Source: Octopus vulgaris
Lineage: Eukaryota
Assembly: GCA_951406725.2 (NCBI GenBank)
Contig: OX597839.1
Location: 1,364,001-1,428,000 of the forward strand
Direction: 5' to 3'
Length of the DNA stretch: 64,000 nt
Shown: positions 1 to 64,000 of the stretch, in pieces
Position numbering within the stretch: position 1 is the first letter of the stretch
Layout of the letters: each line of letters opens with the position of its first letter
The notes under the pieces: generated by a model
Databases searched by the model: none
What the model saw: the letters and a program-made list of their open reading frames with translations, nothing else
Told to the model about the DNA's origin: nothing
Program-made: the position numbers and the translations under genes

Positions 1-169
1 GTCATGAGAGCCCCCAGTATTCGGGTCGATTACTTCTCTGGAAATACCCTCACTTTTCACTCAATTATCTTTATCTTATATTAAACTTTTTAATACTTTT
101 TGATAGTTATATTTATTAAAAAAAAAAATTAAAATAATAAATAATAATAATAATAATAATAAATATATA

Positions 170-226
<57 letters not shown>

Positions 227-408
227 TTATAAGTATAAATTAATAATTTAAATATTTTTTAAAATTCTAACTTTAAATTTTAATAATTTAAATTTTGAAT
301 TTTATATTTTATATATTTTGTATATTATATTAATTAATTTTATTTCTATGTATTGGTTTATTTTTTTCACTGTTTGATTTGCCTAACAATGGTTTTAGCT
401 CTAATTTA

Positions 409-466
<58 letters not shown>

Positions 467-525
467 GGGTGTGCGTGTTATGTATGTATATATATATATG
501 TATATGTATATGTATATATGTATAT

Positions 526-602
<77 letters not shown>

Positions 603-969
603 AAAATACAAACTGGGACAAGAACGTAAAACATTTAGAAGACGATACAAAAAACACGGACGGGACATTCGAAGCCTTTAATCTTCAGTCAAGAACCGGA
701 TCATCCTAGCAATTTCGGCTGATTAATATTGAGATCGCTCCGATCCGGCCAGCCCCAAGGAAAAACTAAGCTACGAGCATTAGATATCTTGGAAGATGGA
801 TCGAATGTATACGAAACAGGGACAGAAAAACGGACGATGCCACACGAATATAAAATGCCTTTATCGGCAGACGAAGACAACGATGTTCTCACGGCAGTGG
901 TCGGAGGCCAAAAGGCTGATTTTGACCAGCGACCACGTGAGAGAAGAGAGAAAAGAAATGGGGCAAAGG

Positions 970-1019
<50 letters not shown>

Positions 1020-1252
1020 GTATATGTGTATATATATATATAAGTTCAGTAAAAAACTTAGATTCAGTTGTTCAGTTGAATATGGTACTTAAGTTAAAGG
1101 CACAAGAATTTAGTATGGTATTAACCATATAATTCAAACTGGGGTGATTGTAATCAAAATGAGCAACAAGGATATCCGGGGGTAATGCATTACCTCTGGA
1201 TATCCTTGTTGCTTATTTTGATTATGTATATATCTCTATATCTATCTATCCA

Positions 1253-1289
<37 letters not shown>

Positions 1290-3307
1290 TGTGTGTGTAC
1301 AAATAAGACGAGGAAATAGAAGAAAGAAAGAAAAAAGACAGACAAACAGACAGAAGACAGACAAGCAAATAGACAACCATCATATAAATATATATATATA
1401 TATGTATGTATATAAGTGAACGATATAGAAGTGTATTTTGATTAAATAAGAAGTAGAGACACTTACGTTGAATGTAGTAGTAATTGACACGAAGGCAGAT
1501 AAAGTGAAAGTAAATTTTCCACGAAAAATCCCCACAGTTCTGAAAGTATGACCTACTTCAGAGGGAATGCTGTTTAACTGTGAAAGAGGCAGCAGCAGGC
1601 GAGGTAGAAAAAGTAAGTTTAGAAATTATGCAAGAAAGAGTGTATTTCCTATTTCAATGAGTCAGCCGTGTCACACTTTCTGTCATTCTGAATCTTCCCG
1701 AGAACAATGTTAAGTGTACACGCGTCTCTAGAGTGCTCAGCCACTTGCACGTCAATTTCACGAGCGGGCTATTTTGTTGGTCAGATCAAATGGAACACTC
1801 ATCTTTGTAACCGACGGAGTGCCACGATATATATATACACATAACTGGCATTGGCACAGACACTCCGTCGGTTACGACAACAGTTCATCCGATCAAATGA
1901 GCAGCCTGTTCGTGAAATTACCGTGAGGGCGGTGAGCTGGCAGAAACGTTAGCACGCTGGGCGAAATGCATAGCTGTATTTCGTCTGCCGTTACGGTCTG
2001 AGTTCAAATTCCGCCGAGGTCGACTTTGCCTTTCATCCTTTCGGGGTCGATTAAATAAGTACCAGTTACGCACTGGGGGTCGATGTAATTGACTTAATCT
2101 GTTTGTTTGTCTTTGTTTGTCCCCTCTGTGTTTAGCCCCTTGTGGGTAGTAAAGAAATAGAAATTACCGTGCAAGTTGCTAAGCACTCCGCAGCCATGCG
2201 TATCTTTAACGTAGTTTTCAAAGAGATTCAGCGTGACACAAAATGTGACAAGGCTGTGTTGCCAGCTGAGTGGACTGGAGCAACGTGACATAAAGTGTCT
2301 TGCTCAAGGACCCAACGAGTCGCCGGGGAGTTCCCAGCGGTGATCGTAAGCCTTGCGATCGTGAGCCGAATCTCTAGCCACAAAGCAATGTGCTTTCACT
2401 ATATCTGTACTACATCTCACATAGCTATCTGTATTCGAGATATATATGTGTATATTTTTCTATAACATAAATTGGACATGGGCAATCTTTGTATGCTTTC
2501 TTTTCCTGAGGTTCACAGCCAAACGGCTGGGTGGATTTGCGTAAACACTGGTACACATTTAGAGACGGGTGCATAGATTTGAATGAGGTTTGTATTTTTT
2601 CCTAGCCCCCATAGTTACCGAGAAAATCGATTAAAACTTTTTCGAATGGAATTCCCGTTTGTTCCGCAATTAAAACAACCAATTGCTCACACAGCCGGCA
2701 TATACCATTTCGCTAGCAACAAGGGGAGTACAGGATGACAGTCAGTCAAAACTTTCGCTATACAGTCTCTCTTCTTTCACCTCTTTGTGGGGTTAATAAT
2801 CTTCATCTTTAGTTACAGTTTCTCATTCAAACTACATAATACGCAGAATTGTCGGATTAAGACAATAGAATGTTTTGAGGGAGATTTGGCTGCTATTTTT
2901 ATCAGGTATAGCCACCATGTAAAGGTCTAATTTAATTTTCATTCACATATTTGCATTTCAAATATTTAACATAATCTTTTCCATAAATCAACTATCGTAA
3001 ACATTTTCTACCGTGACCTCACATTTTCTATGTATGCGTGTGTACCTTAAAAGACGTGATTAGACAGAGGTCCAATAGAATATCTCTCAGAAACAGACTA
3101 TGTTACGTACACATTCTTTCTTCACAACTCCTGAAGCTGTTTTCTGACAAGGTTGGGTGGGGTCAGGAAATTTTCATACAGCTGGAGGCTCCAATCGAAA
3201 CAGGGGATCCGAAATGATAAGGTTGAAAAACGCTGTTATAGATTATGTCTAATCGAAAACGATCACATTATCATAATAAAAGACCGGGTGAAACCGGGCT
3301 TAGCTGC

Positions 3308-3390
<83 letters not shown>

Positions 3391-3687
3391 TCTATGTATG
3401 TATGTACATACGTATGTGTGTACGCGTGTATGCGTGTGTGACTGCCTGGGATTACACTCATATTACCTCTGTAGTGCATATTTCTCCTTTTGACTATTCA
3501 GTACAATATTTACTAACAAGGAATGGCGGCTGAATTAAATAACGAATATTTATTAAAATTATCTTAACACACATTTTCTAATTTCATATTGATTAACGAA
3601 TATTTGTTATTTTATTATATGATAATACAGTAAATCATTTTTATATAATTTCATAAGTGATTGATTTGGCTTTATGGTAGTTCCTTT

Positions 3688-41364
<37,677 letters not shown>

Positions 41365-41688
41365 TGTTTCCAAGTGTCTTCAATGAATTATGCGACTTAC
41401 ATTTAAATGTGTATGAAATCTAAGATATTTATATCGTTACGTAATCATTTCCCTCCATTTTTCACCCTCACTATATCTCTATCTTCCCCTTTAACTCAAC
41501 TTCTCTGCCTCTCTCTGTCTCTAAATCTCTACCCTTTTCTTTCCCTCTGTCTCTCCCTCTATCCGTTTCTAACACTCTCTTGTTTATGTCATTCTCTTTC
41601 TAACTGTCAGTCAATGGCCTCATACCTCTTTCAATTAAACGCTCCAGTTTTCCTTCACTTTGCTTCCTCCTATTCAAAAGTCAGTCAC

Positions 41689-42600
41689 TATCGATATCTA
41701 TTTGTATGAAATTATATTCCTTATTGTTTTTTATATTTTTAAACCATCGTAAAGTTTCCATTGTACTACCCCATAACTTTAGGTAACCTAAATTAATTAA
41801 TTTGTTTATATATTTATCTAATATTAATTTACTTAATTTCCCTAGGTCCGCCTTACATGGACATATTAATCGGACTTTAGGGTCTGCATAGAAATTATCT
41901 TTATGGTCTTTTAGCGTTATCCTTGGGTGCAATGGCATGTAGGGTTCTGTTTTTTTTATCTAGTTCATAATTCGTCATTATTTCTTTATAACACTTATTT
42001 TCTCTAAAGTATATTTTGAACTATTTTATATTTTTTTATTGATTTCTTTCTCTAGTAAACATCATATGTTTCTATATCTAATTTATATAAGTTTATGGTT
42101 TTGTCACATTGTACAATGATTCCTTCAGTTTTTCTCAGTTCTTTTGTCTAAGTTTTGAAGATAATTATTATGCCTGTTCGGGTATTTATAAAATTCTAGA
42201 TTTTTTACTATCCCCCAAATTCTTTCTTCCAAGATTTGCATTTCTTTATTGTACGGCGGTTCTTTCCTAGATTTAAATTTATTCGTAATGAATTTATTAT
42301 TGTCTGTATTATTAATGTCTGTAGTATTTTCATTATTATAGTAGTGTGCTTTCCATTTAAGTCTGTTTATGAAATTCTTTATATTATTAATCAGTTTAAT
42401 CTTGAATTCTGTTTTTGGTGGGCTAGGTATGTCTTTCAGTGATGAATTCCACCCCAGGGGTACTATTTTATCTGTATATGCCATAAATTGTTTAATTATC
42501 AAGCTAAACAATAAAGTTAAACCATTAACTTATTTTATTTCATTTGTGAGGGAATAAAAATTCCGGCATCACAGGGGTTCAAATTATTCTCAATGAGGAA
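41689..42600 (-). mobile_element. Penelope-like N-terminal/RT fragment upstream of gene A exon 1
   Basis: SLKDIPSP...FINRLKWKAHYY; RITLKDHKDNF...VRLICPCKADLGKLSK..LD; FIQIDI. Confidence 0.8.
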
Positions 42601-42789
42601 ATAAATACTTTTTCATATATTTTTTCATTTTATTTTTATTTTTATTTGTTAATTTTAATTTTTTTAATTTTTTTTTATTTGAATTAAATTATGGCTTGCA
42701 CAGTAAGGTCCGGCGAACCTATTTACACATACACATACTTATATGTTTAAAATCAAAATATAGTTTTTAGTATCAAACTATGATGAAGT

Positions 42790-43253
42790 GATCTAGAGGC
42801 CTGATGATTGGGGTAACATTATAAGAAAGGTTTCAGGGACGTCACTTCCGATCTATATAGTGCCATGTCCCTCTTGCATTTCTTGAGGCTCTTCTTTTCC
42901 TCTGCGGCCTTCAGGAGCCTCTCCATCCGGTATGCCTCAAAGTCTATCTTCAGTTGCTGACGAATCACTCTGCTGAGAAGAGGATATTCAAGGTGTTCTT
43001 CAATAGTCCTCTTCATATTTTCCTCTTCTCGAGTAACTTCGTAGTTTCCTCCGAGACTCTTCTCTTCATCTCTCTCAGACATAGCCTTCCTTAAACACTC
43101 CTTCAGTTTCCCTATCAATGAGCTGTAGTCATCGTCTATGCCGTCTCCTTGGCACCAGGTTTCCTGTATGATAGCTTCCTGCAGCTTCGCCTCGTTGAAG
43201 ATTCGGACGCGTTTTCCTTTCGACGCCAAATGCAGCGCCCTCTTCTCCCTCTT

Positions 43254-43256
<3 letters not shown>
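42790..43256 (-). mobile_element. RTE-like LINE fragment (degenerate)
   Basis: LINE ORF-like linker: Y..L.R.IRQQLK.D.E.Y...RLLKAAE.KKSLKKC. Confidence 0.55.
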
Positions 43257-43303
<47 letters not shown>

Positions 43304-43781
43304 GCATGCGTATACACGGACACATACATACATATACAATATCATTCACCTGCCGTATTGTATGAAGATCAACATCTATTTTTCCCGACCAATTCTGCAC
43401 CTAGAAGCCCACCCAGTTGTTGTATATATAAATTGAAATCAGCTAAGTTCATTGAAAATAATAATTCCTCCGCTACATTATCAGATATTATAACAGAAAA
43501 AAATTGCTTTGATAAAATTAATGTTGCTAAAATATACTCTTAAAGCAGGATAGTAACTCTTTGGCTCATTTTCTAAGCAATACGGATTCTATTTTCTCTT
43601 TGTTGTTTTTGCTTTGGTTATTCTCAAGAGTTCGCAATCAGAGGAATCTTATTCGCTAAACCTCATGAAAATTGAGGAGTACAATTGCAGATGGGGGTAT
43701 AATTTTCTTATAACACTATTTATGTACAGGCACAGAGAATGAGACGAGAAAGGAATAAACAATTATATTATGAACTTCATA

Positions 43782-43862
43782 AGCTTACAATTGTTTCTTC
43801 TATAAGTTTCAGTGGAATCACTGATAAGTGCCTAGGTAACAACTTATAACTTAGTCAGAGCC
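43782..43862 (-). ncRNA. Degenerate hammerhead motif with long helix II
   Basis: ggcu-CUGACUA-..uuauaaguu...aacuuauag..-GAAAC-aauu-GUA-agcu; G8 mutated. Confidence 0.45.
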
Positions 43863-44121
43863 TCGAATATGAAGTGCAATTTATTTGGAAAAAGAATTAC
43901 GTTTATGCGTATACTCTTTACTCTTTTACTTGTTTCAGTCATTTGACTGCGGCCATGCTGAGCACCGCCTTTAATCGAGCAACTCGACCCCGGGACTTAT
44001 TCTTTTGTAAGCCCAGTACTTATTATATCAGTCTCTTTTGCCGAACCGCTAGGTAACGGGGACGTAAACACACCAGCATCGGTTGTCAAGCGATGTTGGG
44101 AGGACAAACGCAGACACACAA

Positions 44122-44156
<35 letters not shown>

Positions 44157-44849
44157 CATACATATATACGACGGGCTTCTTTCAGTTTCCGTCTACCAAA
44201 TCCACTCACAAGTCTTTGGTCGGCCCGAGGCTATAGTAGAAGACACTTGCCCAAGGTGCCACGCAGTGGGACTGAACCAGGAACAATGTGGTTCGTAAGC
44301 AAGCTACTTACCACATATATATATATATATATATTATATAGGAAGTAAAGCATTACCGGTAGGGCAGCCAAAGCGTACTTTGGAGATGAAAGCCAAGAGC
44401 TCCTCCCATAAAAAAGAACAAGGTTAATTTTAAGACATGTATAAATAGGTGTATATCCTGATTTATATCGTGGTAGCCCTCCGTTAGTTACGACGAAGTT
44501 GTTGTTTCCAGTTAGTCCGATCAATGGAACAGCCTGCTGTTGTAATTAGCGTGCAAGTGGCTGAGCGCTCCGCAAACACGTATACCGTTATCGCAGTTCT
44601 CAGGGAGATTCAGCGTGACACAGGGTGTGACAAAGCTGCCCTTTTGAAATACAGATACAGCAGAAACAGTAAGAAAGAAACGAGAATGTGGTGAAAGAGT
44701 GCAACAGGGTTCGCCACTACTCTCTGCCGGAGCCTCGTAGAGCTTTCGGTGTTTTCGCTCAATAAACAATCCAAACGCCCAGTCTGAGAATCGAAACCAC
44801 GATCCTACGACCTCGAGTCCGCTTCCCTAACCACTAGGCCATTGCGCCT

Positions 44850-45303
<454 letters not shown>

Positions 45304-45627
45304 ATTAGATCTTGTGAAGGTGCATGGCTCAATGGTTAAAAGCGTGGCTCTCAATCATGAGGAAAGGCTCGTAGGCATAGTCAACTGCTGGTCATCTACA
45401 GATAACTTGGCTCGGACTTGTGCCTCGGAGAGTAACATTGTAGGTGCAGTATTATTCTTATTCATGACCGAAGGGGCTATATAGCCTTTATAAATTAGAT
45501 CTAGATGTATATCTGCACATTATAATGTGTGCATCCGTACACATTATATATAAATATATATACAATTTTATATGTATGTATATATATACATACATATATA
45601 CATACATACACATATATATACGTACAG

Positions 45628-45684
<57 letters not shown>

Positions 45685-45686
<2 letters not shown>

Positions 45687-46477
45687 AATTGAGATAGGGG
45701 TTGTAAATGCAACCCTCTATGGGATAACATATATCCAATATACTGCTAGTGAAGTACCCAACAAAGTTAATACATAAATGTTAATGATTGCGATGCAATC
45801 AATTCATTTACTGTATTATATGGGCAAAGGTAAAATGATTTACCACAAATTACTAATACAAGATAACAAAATAGAGAAATACATCTAAATCAAATATCAA
45901 TTACCAGATAATGCTCAATCACATACTTTATTACACCACCACATAAGAGACTGTAGGGTTAAATATAAAAAGCAGAACAAATCAGTGTACATAAAGGAGT
46001 GTACATAAAACAGTGTACATAAAAGAGTAATGTTGTATAATAAGTAGAATATATATAAAAGAGAATATAAATACAAGTAAATATAAATATAAGTATAAAT
46101 TAGATCTTACAGCTGTTTCGGCCATGTTGATAAGTATATCTCATTTTACCAATATTAGACCTCAACCATAAAGGGCTAATATTGGTAAAATGAGACATAC
46201 TTTTCGACATGGCCGAAACAGCTGTAAGACCTAATTTATACTTATATTTATATTTACTAGTATTTATATTCTCTTTTATATATATTCTACTTATTATACA
46301 ACATTACTCTTTTATGTACACTTTTTTATGTACATTCCTTTATGTACACTGATCTGTTCTGCTTTTTATATTTAACCCTACAGTCTCTTATGTGGTGGTT
46401 TAATAATGTATGTGATTGAGTATTATCTGGTAATTGATATTTGATTTAGATGTATTTCCCCATTTTCTTATCTTTTG
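45685..46477. repeat. Fold-back insert in (TA)n, about 300-bp IR (45860-46158 / 46176-46474)
   Basis: About 95% identical arms by eye; GAAAC-AGCT-GTA near the centre. Confidence 0.88.
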
Positions 46478-47059
46478 TATATATATATATATATATATAT
46501 ATGTATGCATATTCATTATTTATTACATATATAGGAGTACACATACGCACACATACATATACATACTAATATATGTACATACATCCATACGTATATATAT
46601 ATATACATACATACATAAATATATATATATATACATGCTTACATATATGTACATATATAAACACACACATATATTATGTATATATATATATATTTGTGTG
46701 TGTGTGTATTTGTGTGTATGTGCGTGTGTGTGTGTGTATAAGCCAAAACTTAACCACTTCTAATATTCTGTTCTATCAAAACCAAATCATGTTTAATTGA
46801 TGAAACCTAATTATTCCCAACATTTTTTATCTCGCTGATACAAAAAAAAAATCCCTGATTACCTCCCCTTGTCTAGAACTCTTCTACTTCACACCATGAT
46901 GAAGAGATGACACAATATCGGAAAAGAAATTTGAAAAATTTCGAAAGCAATACAAACAGAACTTTATAACATTTTTCTAACATGACAATTTAATATATTC
47001 TTTAACCATATAATACAAGTTTACTGTAGTTTTTTCATTCTATTTTGTCTTTCATATAT

Positions 47060-47122
<63 letters not shown>

Positions 47123-47295
47123 CTCCACGCATTTTTTTCTCTCCTTGTTTTTTTCTGTGTATCTTTCTGTCGGAGAGCGTAGGCACGAAACGTAAAGGAA
47201 TTTTTCTATTTCTATTCCTGAGCGCTATACTAATACATTTGTTTGTTTGTACTCCACCTGCCTTCGTCTTTTGTTTATTTTCGTAAACCTTCCCG

Positions 47296-47360
<65 letters not shown>

Positions 47361-47363
<3 letters not shown>

Positions 47364-48430
47364 ATAAAACGGTAAGATAACAAAAGAAAGAAAGAGACCT
47401 CAATATTATGTAAATAGAGGAAATTTATCTATACAATATGTTACATTACTCGGTAGTCAAGATAAAACTCTGAGTTTCAGATGCCGAAGTGGAAATCCAC
47501 AACACCATCTCTTCGGTTATCTGGCTATTTGAAAACGTTATGAAAAAATACCGTTAAAAATGAAGGGAAATTACTCTGTTATAACTCTGCTTTGCCTGCG
47601 TACTTATACATCGCTCGCATTTTTCGTCATAAAAATTATATAAAAATACATAAAAATATATAAAAATATATAAAAATATATAAAATCTTCTTGGGACATA
47701 ACACAGAAAGCATGTTCTATCCGTTTTCTTTAGGGGACCAAAAACGTAACAGAAATTTAGTCACATGTGGGCATGATCCGAAAAGCTCTGTCCTTGTATT
47801 TAGACATGTGGTAGGGTCTAAGCTGCTTTTCCAGATAAGCCATCTCTCCATGTCGCATAGACCGCACCTTCCGCTGCCGTTGGTATAGGGCTTACATCTG
47901 GCCAAAATCTTCCATTGTATGTTATAATCGACACCTTTATCTCTTAAAGACCAAATATGATTGGATAATTGTGTCGCTTTTCTTTTGTTCCAGTGCCTAA
48001 AGCTCAAAGTGTGGTTATTGAACCTGGCCTTGAAATTACCCTCTGTCAGGCCCACGTATTTCTTCGTCGAAACGGTGTCTTTAGTGGTTATAGAGTTTAC
48101 GGTAGCTTCATATATGATGGTCTTGGACATGCAAGCTCCATTTAGCGGGCACAATTCTTTATTCCTGCATGAACAGCTGTTTTCTTCTTGTGTTTTTTGT
48201 ATGTTATGATTGATTATGTTTTTAAAATTGGTAGTTGAACTAAAACTAATTTTTAAATTGTGTCTATTGAAGAGTTTCCTATAAGCATGGTTAACTGGAA
48301 GATGTCTATCTATCAGTGCTAGGAAATATTTACCTATATTGAAGGCCACCTCGGATGAGTAAGGGGGCGTAAACCAGATGACCTTCCTATTTCTATTATT
48401 CCTGTTCCTTATTGTTGGGCAATGAATCTA
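47361..48430 (-). mobile_element. Penelope-like element 3' fragment: GIY-YIG endonuclease (47717-48349) plus hammerhead-bearing terminal repeat ending in (TA)n
   Basis: CPLNGAC..IIYEATV...KKYVGLTEGNFKARFNNH..SF, a C-terminal GIY-YIG domain. Confidence 0.88.
47460..47522 (-). ncRNA. Hammerhead-like motif in PLE terminal repeat (sister copy 49313-49375)
   Basis: agauaa-CCGAAGA-gaug...cauc-u-GAAAC-ucaga-GUU-uuaucu. Confidence 0.5.
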
Positions 48431-48786
48431 TGTATGTATGTGTGTATGTATGTATGTATGCATGTATGCATGTATGTATGTATGTATGCATGTTTGCATG
48501 TCTAAATGAAATCACATTTGTAACTTCGACGCAAACATAATATCATTCGATCATACGCTTATGGGAATGGATTAGAAAGATTTTCAAAGTTTTAATCAGC
48601 AAAAAGATGACGGTTAGATGAAACATGAAAATTTCTTTCATAAAAATATCTTTATACATCTTCTATATTGCTACAATGGTTTATAAACACTGTGTTACAT
48701 TTGTTACATTCATAGTTTGTTCTTTTATTCATCAATTCACACGTAACTTTACAAGGTTGATTTGATACAGATGTACATTGAGCCTT

Positions 48787-63981
<15,195 letters not shown>

Positions 63982-64000
63982 CTGAAAAAAAATCAGTAAA

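Noticed and set aside
660-760. Minus-strand GAAA...CTGAAGA arrangement as a type II hammerhead (similar at 41008-41052)
   Set aside because: Helix I and helix II do not close convincingly; kept only as TA-flanked repeat fragments
330-1092. ORFs rich in YI/IY repeats (and many similar ones across the window)
   Set aside because: Translations of (TA)n, (TG)n and (TATG)n microsatellites
42811-42838. CTGATGA...GAAA near the RTE fragment
   Set aside because: No complementary stem I
45860-46474. A-to-G editing signature between IR arms
   Set aside because: Mismatches go in both directions and include transversions

Overview
Repeat-rich eukaryotic DNA; the SINE families, microsatellite load and gene content point to an octopus or other cephalopod (inference). 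Two tandem clan-3 (CYP3A-like) cytochrome P450 genes lie on the minus strand. Gene A is complete (14 coding exons, 41364->3688, 1554 nt CDS, 517 aa, all GT-AG and phase-consistent). Gene B is represented by exons 8-14 (63981->48787) and runs off the window end. Intron 11 of gene A holds a young full-length Ty3/gypsy LTR retrotransposon of CsRn1/Boudicca type (565-bp LTRs with 2 differences seen, CATT target duplication, tRNA-Trp PBS, U UUA AAC -1 frameshift site). The rest is tRNA-derived SINEs, RTE and R4/Dong LINE fragments, mariner MITEs, two Helitron-like elements, a 29-bp minisatellite and many Penelope-like element (PLE) relics. The main hidden signal is about a dozen minimal type I hammerhead-ribozyme motifs (stem I-CUGANGA-stem II-GAAA-tiny stem III-UH-stem I). 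They sit in short inserts, mostly in or beside (TA)n, and often at the junction of fold-back inverted repeats. One family joins a tRNA-derived Pol III head to a hammerhead tail and is a candidate Penelope-mobilised SINE. Several motifs are sense to the P450 pre-mRNAs. All calls are by eye; no searches or folding programs were run. Almost all ORFs in the supplied track are microsatellite or SINE artefacts.
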